Shown here one piece after another: positions 42,527 to 51,438 of a stretch of DNA of 64,000 nt. The notes below the pieces were generated by a model. The model was not told where the DNA came from, did not search any database, and worked only from the letters and a program-made list of their open reading frames with translations. Position 1 is the first letter of the stretch, and each line of letters opens with the position of its first letter. The DNA is taken from NCBI GenBank assembly GCA_028716565.1, contig JAQUPL010000006.1:32759-96758 (forward strand), given 5' to 3'. The DNA is from Candidatus Omnitrophota bacterium (GTDB lineage: Bacteria > Omnitrophota > Gorgyraeia > Pluralincolimonadales > Pluralincolimonadaceae). The position numbers and the translations under genes were made by a program.

Positions 42527-42883
42527 ATGGAGAAAATGTTCATTTTATTTTTACTGGCAACCATTATTATGATACTTATAATAGTAAAATCGAAAATCCG
42601 ATTATTCAGTATGTACTTTTTTGCCGTTGGAGCTTTAACGCCATTAATATCATTCGCTTTTTGTTTTATTATTAGAAGTACTGCCTTACCAGCTAAAATC
42701 TTTTGGACAGTTAGTCCCTTGGCACTTATTCTTTGCGTGCTCTCATCAATTGCGGGAATTATTGAGATTTCTAATCGAAAAATACCCAGGAATTATTTAT
42801 ATTTTCCAATTGGCGGCCTAGTCTGTTCACTCTTTTTATGGTTATTTTTAGCTGCTGCCTGGGCTATGGTAAACGGCGCCTAA
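42527..42883 (+). CDS. Small polytopic membrane protein, AT-rich gene (hypothetical)
   Basis: Three to four hydrophobic helices. AT-rich codon usage like the protease gene. No stop within the ORF. Confidence 0.5.
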   Translation: MEKMFILFLLATIIMILIIVKSKIRLFSMYFFAVGALTPLISFAFCFIIRSTALPAKIFWTVSPLALILCVLSSIAGIIEISNRKIPRNYLYFPIGGLVCSLFLWLFLAAAWAMVNGA

Positions 42884-42957
42884 TAATAGAGGATAAATAG
42901 GGGACGAGAGCGTATTTTAGAGGAAAGAACAGCGGCTGAATTAGCCATTTTTTTCTC

Positions 42958-44007
42958 ATGGCATTAAAAACGTTTCGAGGCGAAATGGTATCCATGAAAA
43001 GAATATTCATTTTGACTTTAGCCATATCCTCGATAGTTTGTAATTGCTATGCGGAATACGAGATAGACGAGGAGTTGACCGCCCGTGAGCATTTTAACAA
43101 GGGCATGGTTTATTATAACAGGCATAATTACGACCACTCAATCCTGCAGTTCACCAAAGCCATCCAGATGAACCCACAGTTTGCCGATGCCTTCAAGCAG
43201 AGGGGGAACGCATTCCTTAAATTGGGTGATTACGACCGCGCGATCTGGGACTACGACTACGCGATAGAACTTAATCCTAAATACCCGAACCTCTATTTAG
43301 ACCGCGGTTCCGCATATCGCAACAAGGGTGATACCGAAAAAGCCCTTGCCGATTACACCAAAGCGCTGGAGATCAGCCCCAACTTTATTATGGTCTATGA
43401 AGGCCGGGGTATGGTATACGCGGATGTCGGCGAATACGACAAGGCGATAGCGGATTTTACGAAGATAATCGAACTTGAGCCCGATAACGCCCGCGCTTTT
43501 TATCGCCGCGGCAAGGCTTACAGCGCTAAAGGGGAATACGGCAAGGCCGTCGCGAATTTTAACAGTGCACTGAGCTTATCGCCCAAGTACTACAAAGCGC
43601 GTTTTGAGCGCGCGAGCGCCTATTTAAATAAAGGAGACATCGACAGGGGGATATCCGAGTACGACAAATTGTTAAGGGAGAATCCGCGTGATAACGCCGC
43701 TTATAATAACCGGGGATACGGCTACTTCCTGAAAGGCGATAATGAATCCGCGATAAAAGACTATTCCGCGGCCCTTGAACTTAATCCCTATGACGTGGAT
43801 GCCTGGGATAATATAGGTATATCGTATTACCTGACGGAGAGATATTTAATGGCGAAAGAGTCGCTTGAAACAGCAGCGGAGTTGGGTTCCGTATGTTATG
43901 AGTGTTACTATTATTTAAGCGAGATGTACGCAAAAGACGGCGAAGCCGAAAAGGCCAAGATGTACCGGGACAAAGCGCAGCAATATAAACAGCAAGGGAT
44001 TAAATAG
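42958..44007 (+). CDS. Tetratricopeptide repeat (TPR) protein with signal peptide
   Basis: Seven or more TPR units ('AFKQRGNAFLKLGDYDRAIWDYDYAIELNP' and similar). The signal-peptide-like 'MKRIFILTLAISSIV' begins at the internal Met at 42994, which may be the true start. Confidence 0.75.
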   Translation: MALKTFRGEMVSMKRIFILTLAISSIVCNCYAEYEIDEELTAREHFNKGMVYYNRHNYDHSILQFTKAIQMNPQFADAFKQRGNAFLKLGDYDRAIWDYDYAIELNPKYPNLYLDRGSAYRNKGDTEKALADYTKALEISPNFIMVYEGRGMVYADVGEYDKAIADFTKIIELEPDNARAFYRRGKAYSAKGEYGKAVANFNSALSLSPKYYKARFERASAYLNKGDIDRGISEYDKLLRENPRDNAAYNNRGYGYFLKGDNESAIKDYSAALELNPYDVDAWDNIGISYYLTERYLMAKESLETAAELGSVCYECYYYLSEMYAKDGEAEKAKMYRDKAQQYKQQGIK

Positions 44008-44047
44008 AGGACGCCCTGCGAACACGCCGATCTAATATCCCGCAGTA

Positions 44048-44090
44048 AAATTGCTGTTTGACCTTCACCAGACGCGTGGTACACTTGATA
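44048..44090 (+). repeat. 43-bp direct repeat, copy 2 (intergenic, 40 nt after the TPR gene)
   Basis: AAATTGCTGTTTGACCTTCACCAGACGCGTGGTACACTTGATA. In the frame that is the HNH frame in copy 1, this copy reads ...KLLFDLHQTRGTLDKK-stop. Confidence 0.85.
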
Positions 44091-44099
44091 AGAAGTAAA

Positions 44100-44381
44100 A
44101 TGACAATGGGAAAGATAATATCTGCGGCAATAGCGGCCTGTTATATCGTTCTCGCATATTCAGCGGGAGGGGCGAAGATGGCGTTCAAAATTTTTGCCTT
44201 CCTTATCATTCCTATCGGATTCATCTGGTTCAGCGAGGCGATAGGCAATTATACCGGTCCGGTGACACGAGCAGCTCCGCTTACTAATAAAACCCCGGCG
44301 TTCTTAATTGCATTTGTGGGGTGGGTAGTTCTTTTGCTGCCAGCCATAATTGGACTGTTTTTAAGTTTTCGGCTAAAATAG
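44100..44381 (+). CDS. Small membrane protein (hypothetical)
   Basis: Two to three TM helices. The ATG at 44100 is chosen; the listed ORF begins at a TTG at 44058 inside the repeat. Confidence 0.45.
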   Translation: MTMGKIISAAIAACYIVLAYSAGGAKMAFKIFAFLIIPIGFIWFSEAIGNYTGPVTRAAPLTNKTPAFLIAFVGWVVLLLPAIIGLFLSFRLK

Positions 44382-44390
44382 GAGGCAAAT

Positions 44391-44777
44391 ATGACCGACT
44401 CGCAGTTATTCCAGTTAATGGGCGTTGTCTATACGGCGGCAGGGCTCGGGATGCTCATCAATCCCGACTATTATAAGAAGATAGTTGATTCTTTTGATAA
44501 TAATCCCGCGCTGATCTATATCACGTCGTTGATAATGATCGTGGCGGGGTTTGTCCTTGTGACCTTCCATAATGTTTGGGTCGCGGGCTGGCCGGTGATA
44601 ATTACCATCGTCGGTTACGCTATCCTTATAAAGGCGGTTGGCATTCTCCTCTTCCCGAGGGAATTGATGAAATTTTCAAAGGAACTGACGAAGAAGGTCA
44701 AGAACATCCGTCTCTACGCCGTTATACCCTTGGCGATCGGCCTCGGGCTGATGTATCTGGGGTTTGTCAGGCCATGA
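44391..44777 (+). CDS. Membrane protein (hypothetical, about four TM helices)
   Basis: Hydrophobic helices. RBS 'aggagg' upstream. Its stop overlaps the next gene's start (ATGA). Confidence 0.5.
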   Translation: MTDSQLFQLMGVVYTAAGLGMLINPDYYKKIVDSFDNNPALIYITSLIMIVAGFVLVTFHNVWVAGWPVIITIVGYAILIKAVGILLFPRELMKFSKELTKKVKNIRLYAVIPLAIGLGLMYLGFVRP

Positions 44778-45700
44778 ACACTAAACCCGACATAATAGGC
44801 CGCGAAGAGATCGAGGCGCTCCAGGCGCAGGTAAAATTCCTGCCCCTGAAAGACAGCCGCCGTATCGCGTTTTACGAATACGGCGACCCTTCCGGTTTGC
44901 CGGTGATCTTTTGCCATGGAACCGGTTCGCATGTCCACGTCATGCTCCTGCACTACTCGGCCAAACGGCATAATTTTCGTATAATCGTGCCGGACCGCCC
45001 GGGGGTAGGGCAGTCGGATTTCCAGCCCGGCCGTAAGTTGCTCGACGGCGCGGCAGATATCGCGGCCCTCGCGGACCACCTCGGCATCGCGAAATTCGGC
45101 GTAATGGGGATCTCCGGAGGCGGGCCGACAGTATTGGCGTGCGCTTACGCTTTGGCAGACCGTCTTTTATTCGCCGTTGACCTTGCCGGCGCGGTCCCGC
45201 TCTATACCGACCCTAAGGCGCTCAGCAAACTGGGGGCCATGGACCGTTTTTACGCGAAAATCGGCGCAAAACTCCCGCTATGGCTCTTCCAGATACCCTT
45301 CTCGCTCCTTGGGTTCCAGCAGAAGGTCATGAAAAATCCCCAGGCGTTCGTCAAGATGATGGGCTCGAGCATGTGCCCGGCCGATTCGGAATTATTTGTC
45401 ATTCCGGAAATGGCTTATATCTTCATGCGGGATTTCCAGGAATTGTTCCGGCAGGGGGCGAAAGGGGCTGCGTTCGACGCGCAATTGATCTACCTCGATT
45501 GGGGTTTCGACCTGCGTAATATAAAGACGCACGTAGAGATACGCCAGGGGACTGAGGACCGCTGGATCCCCCCGATGTTCAGCGAATACCTGTCAAAGAC
45601 CCTCCCGGACTCAAAACTTAATTTAATACCCGGACAGGGGCATTTTTACCATATGGCTTACGCCGATGATACGCTTGATGCCGTAAGCCGGCTTATATAA
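44774..45700 (+). CDS. Alpha/beta-fold hydrolase
   Basis: Nucleophile elbow 'VMGISGGGP' (GxSxG). 'VIFCHGTGS' is the oxyanion-region 'HG' motif. The ATG at 44774 is in frame with the listed 44576 ORF. Confidence 0.7.
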   Translation: MNTKPDIIGREEIEALQAQVKFLPLKDSRRIAFYEYGDPSGLPVIFCHGTGSHVHVMLLHYSAKRHNFRIIVPDRPGVGQSDFQPGRKLLDGAADIAALADHLGIAKFGVMGISGGGPTVLACAYALADRLLFAVDLAGAVPLYTDPKALSKLGAMDRFYAKIGAKLPLWLFQIPFSLLGFQQKVMKNPQAFVKMMGSSMCPADSELFVIPEMAYIFMRDFQELFRQGAKGAAFDAQLIYLDWGFDLRNIKTHVEIRQGTEDRWIPPMFSEYLSKTLPDSKLNLIPGQGHFYHMAYADDTLDAVSRLI

Positions 45701-45756
45701 TTAGGGGACGTTCCAAAAAGGCAAAGTACCCGTTATGGTAAACAGGTCATAAAATC

Positions 45757-48700
45757 ATGCTTAGAAATATATTAAAAGCCGTTCTTGTCTCCGTACTTAT
45801 TTTTTCGACATCCGGTTCCGCACAGTCTTTCGATTTTAACGTCACCTCTGGCACTGCCTCCTCGACTATCCAAAAACTCTCCCAGAAAGAAAACAAGACA
45901 GCGGACGATTATCTGACATTGGGCTGGGCGTATTACGCTTTTAAGAACGACGTGAAAGAAGGCGCGGCAAACCTTGAAAAAGCGCTTGAAAAAGACCCCG
46001 GCCTCTACGAGGCGCATCTCCTCTTAGGCTTGCTTTATAAGTCTAAAGGGGAATACGAAAAGGCCCTCCCACACTGGCTTAAGTGCTTCGATTCTGACCG
46101 CCCGGAAAACGCCGTACTGGTCTATTATGTGCACTCCTTCATGTTTTCTCTTGATAACGTCAGGAAGATAATGGCCGGATATGAGCGTATTATAGGGTCT
46201 ACCAAAGAAGAGTTGATCAAGCCCCACGCATATTGCTGGCTGGGGTATTATTACGCCGTCCTCGGGGACGCGGCCAAAGCGAAAGAAGCCTACGGGAAGC
46301 TGGGTTACATCAAGGACTGGCTCGTGATAGGGTCGTTCGATAATAAGGAGAATACCGGGTTTAACGCCGTCTACCCTCCGGAAACCGAGATCGACCTCGT
46401 AAAAGAGTACGACGGAAAAAGCGTAAAAGTGAAATGGCGCAAACTGGCGGGGCTGTCTACTTCGCAGTTGGTGGATTTTGACAGCGTGTGCTATCCGAAC
46501 GAGTCGGCGACAGGATACGCCCTGACTTATGTTTTCTCCGGCGAGGACCGTGATGTCGCGTTAAGGGTAGGAAGCGATGACAGCGTCAAGGTATGGCTTA
46601 ATGATAAGTTGATCATACAGAACGAGAAATACCAGGCCTGGTTCCCCGACCAGAGCGAGGCCGGCGCTATCCTGCGTAAAGGCTGGAATAAAATTTTAGT
46701 AAAGGTCTGCGAGGGATGGGGAGACTGGATGTTCGGACTGCGCATCACCGATGTCAACGGGCGTCCGCTGGAAGCTCTGGGTTATTCCGCCGAACCGAAA
46801 CCTTATACGAGCGAGGCTGCCGCGCTTACGCTTCCCGGCAAAACACCCGTTATAAGGACGATAAAAAATATTTTAAGGGAAAAGGCAAACAAAGATCCCG
46901 GTAATTATTTTAGCGCTTACATGCTCGGGGAATGGCTGCGCACCCTTGATCTAAAGAAAGAATCGATAGACGAATTCGCGCCCCTCGTCCAGAAAGAGCC
47001 CCATTGCGCTATCTTCAGGTTCGGGTTGGCGAAGGCGGAATCGAACTACGGCGATGACGAGAAAGCCTTGGCAAACTATAAAGAAACGATAACCGATAAC
47101 CCCGAACACGCGGAAGCCCTGATAGATATGGCGCATCACTTCTATCACAACGAAATGAACGAACAGGCCCTTGACTACATAAAAAAGGCCGAAAGCGCCT
47201 CTCCCGGATACATAGAAAACTACATCCTGACCTCGTTGATATATTCCGACAAAGATTGGTACAAGGACGCTTACGATACGGCGAAGACGGGGCTTGCGAA
47301 ATATCCCGAGTCGACGCGCTTGTTAGCCCGCATGGCAAACTGCGCCGCCGATCTTTTTAAAGTGGACGAAGAGATGAGATATTACGAAAAGATCATGGAA
47401 TTGAATGCCTGGTACTGGCCGAGCCGGTATCGGGATTTTGTCGATCTGTGCGTTTCAAGGGGGGAGTTGCCGAAGATCGAAGAGATCTATAAAGGAAGGG
47501 CCGCCCTTTATACCTTCGATTCCTCATTTTATGATGAGTTGGCCGATATTGCCCGGAAAGCCGGGGATTATCAAAAGACCATAGAATATTGCGATAAAGG
47601 ATCGGAGATATCGCCGGATAACTATGTGTTTTATGTGACGAAGGGATCGACTTATTATTTGATGGGCAAAAAAGAAGAAGCGATACGGGAATGGGAGAAA
47701 GCCCTGGAACTGAACCCGGGTTACACCTGGTTAAGGGATAAAATAAAATTTGTCAAAGGGGAAGAAAAGACCGTAATTGACAAGTATGCCGAAACCGAGG
47801 GTTCAGCGGAGGACCTGCTTAAGGCCGGTGATATTTCAAAGAAATACCCTCTCGCGGACGCGGTGTTTATCCTGGATAAGAGTATCCACGATGTCCACGA
47901 TGACGGCTCCAGCGAAATCCTGACGCATCGCATAATCAAGATAATGACCAAAGAGGGGATCGACAAATTTACGGCCATCGACTTGCCTGGGGGCAGCAAC
48001 CTGGAGATAGAAAAAGCAGTGGTCAGGAACCCGGGCAAGACGGATACCGAGATCACCGAGATAGATTTCAAAAAAGGGAAATTATACCCCGCCGGCCTGA
48101 AAGAAGGGTCGATAATCGAGTTTAAATGCAGGGCCAACCATTCCGGCGGCCTCCTCAGGGGCCGGTACTACACGTTCCTTCCTTTTAACAACCTCTTTCC
48201 GGTCTACAAGGCGGAAGTAGTCGTCATCGTCCCGAAGGGAAAAGAAGTTAAAGTATATAAAAAGGATGAAAGCGTCGGTTACTCTACGGAGGCGCTCGAA
48301 GATAAAATAGCCCATGTGTGGCGGGGCGATTACAGGGATCCCATAAAATTGGAACCCTTCATGCCGGTTTTCAACAGCTATTGTTCGATAATCGCGGTAT
48401 CGGATATCCCCTCGTGGGACTATTTGGCGGATTGGGAAAATAATCTTATAGATGACCAGCTGGAACTGGACCCTTCGATCAAAGCGCAGGTAGACCAGCT
48501 TACAAAAGATAAAAAGACCCAGGAAGAAAAGGTGACGGCTATATACAGCTATCTCGGCAATAATATCCATTACCTGTCCCTTAAACACGCGGTTTTTGGC
48601 TGGAAACCGAACAGGGCCACAAAGATATTCAAAGACGGGTACGGCGATTGCAAAGATATGGCTACTTTGATGATAGCGATGCTGAAGAGCTTAGGAATAG

Positions 48701-49587
48701 ACGCGTATTTGGCGCTTTTAGACACCAAGCCGTATTATGACATGATCACGGACATCCCGATCCCCGTAGCGAATCACGCTATAGTCTACATTCCCGAGCT
48801 CGACGGCAAAAAAACGGGATTATTTATCGATGTCACGGCCGCCTCATCATATAATTACGGCACGGTCCCGTGGTGGGACGAGGGGGTAACGGCCATAATC
48901 CTTAAGCGGCCCGGATATGAATTAGCCCGGATACCGTGGTCAAGAGCGGATGATAATGCGTTCATCACGAAGGCGGATATTATCCTGTCAAAAGGGGACC
49001 AAAGCAAATTCAAGGTGGAGATAAAGTGCTACGGCCAGGCAGCAGGCATGCTAAGACCGGAAGCGCGTAAGGATAATTGGAGCGACCGCCTTGTCTCGTC
49101 TCATTATCTGGGCAAATATATACAGGGGATATCGTCGTTGAAGGACCGGACCGATAACGGATCGGACATGACCAAGCCTTTTACGGTGTATGCCGAATTT
49201 TCAGCCGCATCGCCTTTTAAAAAAGCTGAGGCGGGAAAATATGAGTTGGCGCCCGTATTCGCCCTCAGGTCGATGCAGGATTATGCGCCTCTGGAAAAAA
49301 GGGTGAACGACCTGGATATTTATTATGCCTTTACCGAGGTTAATGAAGAAAATTTAACTATGCCCGAGAACTTTAAGATCGTCTCTACCCCGGAGGACGT
49401 CAAGATCGACAATGAAATAGTTTCTTTCGAAAGGTCTTACGAGCTGAAAGGCAACGTCTTAAAACTGAAATGCGTATTTTCGATAAAGAAACCCTTGATA
49501 AAGAAAGAGGAATATCCGGCATTTAGGGATAAGCTTATCGAGATAGACAAACTTGATGAAAGGCACGTGATATTCAGCGTCAAATGA
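45757..49587 (+). CDS. Large secreted multidomain protein: N-terminal TPR repeats + DUF3857-like region + transglutaminase-like cysteine protease core
   Basis: Signal peptide. TPR units in the first ~650 aa. A transglutaminase-like triad context: 'GYGDCKDMATLMIAMLKSLGI' (Cys), 'VANHAIVYI' (His), 'LFIDVTA' (Asp). Confidence 0.65.
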   Translation: MLRNILKAVLVSVLIFSTSGSAQSFDFNVTSGTASSTIQKLSQKENKTADDYLTLGWAYYAFKNDVKEGAANLEKALEKDPGLYEAHLLLGLLYKSKGEYEKALPHWLKCFDSDRPENAVLVYYVHSFMFSLDNVRKIMAGYERIIGSTKEELIKPHAYCWLGYYYAVLGDAAKAKEAYGKLGYIKDWLVIGSFDNKENTGFNAVYPPETEIDLVKEYDGKSVKVKWRKLAGLSTSQLVDFDSVCYPNESATGYALTYVFSGEDRDVALRVGSDDSVKVWLNDKLIIQNEKYQAWFPDQSEAGAILRKGWNKILVKVCEGWGDWMFGLRITDVNGRPLEALGYSAEPKPYTSEAAALTLPGKTPVIRTIKNILREKANKDPGNYFSAYMLGEWLRTLDLKKESIDEFAPLVQKEPHCAIFRFGLAKAESNYGDDEKALANYKETITDNPEHAEALIDMAHHFYHNEMNEQALDYIKKAESASPGYIENYILTSLIYSDKDWYKDAYDTAKTGLAKYPESTRLLARMANCAADLFKVDEEMRYYEKIMELNAWYWPSRYRDFVDLCVSRGELPKIEEIYKGRAALYTFDSSFYDELADIARKAGDYQKTIEYCDKGSEISPDNYVFYVTKGSTYYLMGKKEEAIREWEKALELNPGYTWLRDKIKFVKGEEKTVIDKYAETEGSAEDLLKAGDISKKYPLADAVFILDKSIHDVHDDGSSEILTHRIIKIMTKEGIDKFTAIDLPGGSNLEIEKAVVRNPGKTDTEITEIDFKKGKLYPAGLKEGSIIEFKCRANHSGGLLRGRYYTFLPFNNLFPVYKAEVVVIVPKGKEVKVYKKDESVGYSTEALEDKIAHVWRGDYRDPIKLEPFMPVFNSYCSIIAVSDIPSWDYLADWENNLIDDQLELDPSIKAQVDQLTKDKKTQEEKVTAIYSYLGNNIHYLSLKHAVFGWKPNRATKIFKDGYGDCKDMATLMIAMLKSLGIDAYLALLDTKPYYDMITDIPIPVANHAIVYIPELDGKKTGLFIDVTAASSYNYGTVPWWDEGVTAIILKRPGYELARIPWSRADDNAFITKADIILSKGDQSKFKVEIKCYGQAAGMLRPEARKDNWSDRLVSSHYLGKYIQGISSLKDRTDNGSDMTKPFTVYAEFSAASPFKKAEAGKYELAPVFALRSMQDYAPLEKRVNDLDIYYAFTEVNEENLTMPENFKIVSTPEDVKIDNEIVSFERSYELKGNVLKLKCVFSIKKPLIKKEEYPAFRDKLIEIDKLDERHVIFSVK

Positions 49588-49632
49588 AGGGTATCGGGGC
49601 CGCGACCCGAGAGGTCTACGCCAAAAATCCCC

Positions 49633-49661
49633 TTGACACCATAGCTTAGCCGTAGTATACT
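49633..49661 (+). promoter_or_regulatory. Consensus sigma70-type promoter (TTGACA, 17 nt spacer, TATACT) for the rimP-nusA-infB operon
   Basis: TTGACA at 49633-49638, a 17-nt spacer, TATACT at 49656-49661. Confidence 0.6.
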
Positions 49662-49677
49662 AACCTTACATTTAGCA

Positions 49678-49723
49678 CCACTTTTTAAAAGGAGAAGTGG
49701 GTAAAAAACTACCCGCTTTTTTT
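49678..49723 (+). promoter_or_regulatory. Leader region with two overlapping, mutually exclusive hairpins; the second is terminator-like (stem + 7 T)
   Basis: Hairpin 1: CCACTT 49678-83 pairs with AAGTGG 49695-700. Hairpin 2: TGGGTA 49698-703 pairs with TACCCG 49710-715 (one G.U pair), followed by TTTTTTT 49717-723. Confidence 0.45.
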
Positions 49724-49757
49724 GTTGTCTTTTTCCTGAAAAAAGCCCCAAATAGCC

Positions 49758-50222
49758 ATGGAAGAGAAAGTTATACTGGAAAAGGTAATTGAGCTTGCCG
49801 CGCCGCTGCTGTCCGGAGCGGGTATAGAGCTGGTCGACCTGATTTACCGCAGGGAGACGGGCGGGATGATCCTGCGCTTCACGGTTGACAAGGCCGGCGG
49901 GATAACGGTCGGCGAGTGCGGCGCCCTGAACCGTAAAATAGCGGACATCCTCGACGAGGCGGACCCGATAGACGGTCCCTATGTGCTCGAGGTGCAGTCT
50001 CCGGGCCTCGACAGGAAGCTCGTCAAAACGAGCGATTTCGAGAGGACGATAGGCAAGGATATATTTGTGGTCACTTACGGCCCGGTAGAGAACAAGAGGG
50101 AGTTCACCGGGAAACTGAAGTGGGTAGGCGAGGAGAGCATAAAGTTAGAATTTCCTGCGGGCGGTGAGGTGACGATCCCCCGTAACATGATAGCGAAAGC
50201 GAAGCTTCACTTCGAATTTTAG
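49758..50222 (+). CDS. rimP: Ribosome maturation factor RimP
   Basis: 'LVDLIYRRETGGMILRFTVDK...LEVQSPGLDRKL'. Immediately upstream of nusA. Confidence 0.85.
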   Translation: MEEKVILEKVIELAAPLLSGAGIELVDLIYRRETGGMILRFTVDKAGGITVGECGALNRKIADILDEADPIDGPYVLEVQSPGLDRKLVKTSDFERTIGKDIFVVTYGPVENKREFTGKLKWVGEESIKLEFPAGGEVTIPRNMIAKAKLHFEF

Positions 50223-50235
50223 AAAAGGAAAAGAT

Positions 50236-51435
50236 ATGAACGGAGAACTTTTGTCGGTTTTGGACCATCTGGAAAGAGAAAAAGGCATCGACCGCGAGGT
50301 CCTGATAGCGGCCGTCGAAAGCGCTTTGGTGAGCGCCGCAAAGAAGGCGCTCGGATCGCAGACCGAGGACGTCGAGGTAAAGATGGACAGGAAGTCCGGC
50401 GAGGTAACGGTATTCTCGGGCGGGAAAGAGGTAAAATCCGGGGATTTTGGCCGCATAGCCGCGCAGACAGCCAAGCAGATCATCATCCAGAAGATCCGCG
50501 AGGCCGAGCGCGACGTCATATTCACCGATTACACCAGCCGCGTCGGCAACGTCGTGACCGGCACCGTATACAGGTTCGAGAAGGGGAACATAATCGTTGA
50601 CCTCGGCAAGACAGAGGGTTTCATCCCTAAGAGCGAGCAGTCATCCAAAGAGAATTTCAGGCAGGGCGACCGCATTAAGGCGTATGTCGTTGAGGTAAAG
50701 AAGACCGGCAAAGGCCCGCAGATAGTCTTATCGCGCGCCAATACCGGCCTTGTGAAGAAACTCTTCGAGCTCGAGATACCCGAGATATACGAGGGCATAG
50801 TTGAGATAAAGTCCATCTCGAGGGAAGCCGGGGACAGGACGAAGATCGCCGTATTCTCAAAAGACGAGAAGATAGACTGCGTGGGAGCGTGCGTCGGCAT
50901 GAGAGGTTCGCGCGTAAAGAATATAGTCAAGGAACTCCAGGGCGAGAAGATAGACATCGTCCGGTGGAGCGATGACACAAAGGAATATATACTGGCGGCG
51001 CTCAATCCCGCGAAGATATCCACTGTAAAGCTGGATAAAGAGGCGAGGCGGGCGCAGGTGACGGTCGACGATGACCAATTAAGCCTCGCCATCGGGAAGA
51101 AAGGCCAGAACGTCAGGCTGGCGTCGAAGCTGACCGGCTGGGAGATAGATATCAAGCCGAAGGCCGCGCTCCTTGAAGGTGCGCTCGCGCAAGAGAAGAA
51201 GGCGGCGGAGCCGGAAGAAGCGAAGGAAGCGGGTAAAGAAGAGAAAGAGGGAGTTCCGGATATATCATCGCTCGAGGGAGTAGGGCCGAAGACCAAAGGG
51301 TTGTTTGAGGAAGCCGGCCTCGATTCAATAGAGAAGATAGCCGCATCCTCCGTAGAGGAACTTACCAAGATAAAAGGCATAGGCGAGAAAACGGCAGAAA
51401 AAATATTAAAAAGCGCGAAGGGGCTGGCAAAATAA
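50236..51435 (+). CDS. nusA: Transcription termination/antitermination factor NusA
   Basis: N-terminal domain, S1 ('GNVVTGTVYRFEKGNIIVDLG') and two KH ('CVGMRGSRVKNIVKELQGEKIDIV'). Confidence 0.95.
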   Translation: MNGELLSVLDHLEREKGIDREVLIAAVESALVSAAKKALGSQTEDVEVKMDRKSGEVTVFSGGKEVKSGDFGRIAAQTAKQIIIQKIREAERDVIFTDYTSRVGNVVTGTVYRFEKGNIIVDLGKTEGFIPKSEQSSKENFRQGDRIKAYVVEVKKTGKGPQIVLSRANTGLVKKLFELEIPEIYEGIVEIKSISREAGDRTKIAVFSKDEKIDCVGACVGMRGSRVKNIVKELQGEKIDIVRWSDDTKEYILAALNPAKISTVKLDKEARRAQVTVDDDQLSLAIGKKGQNVRLASKLTGWEIDIKPKAALLEGALAQEKKAAEPEEAKEAGKEEKEGVPDISSLEGVGPKTKGLFEEAGLDSIEKIAASSVEELTKIKGIGEKTAEKILKSAKGLAK

Positions 51436-51438
51436 AAT

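Noticed and set aside
44058-44099. TTG-initiated start of the 44058..44381 ORF inside the 43-bp repeat
   Set aside because: The TTG lies within repeat copy 2. An ATG at 44100 with the hydrophobic protein body following is a more plausible start. The upstream part is probably just the remnant HNH 3' end.
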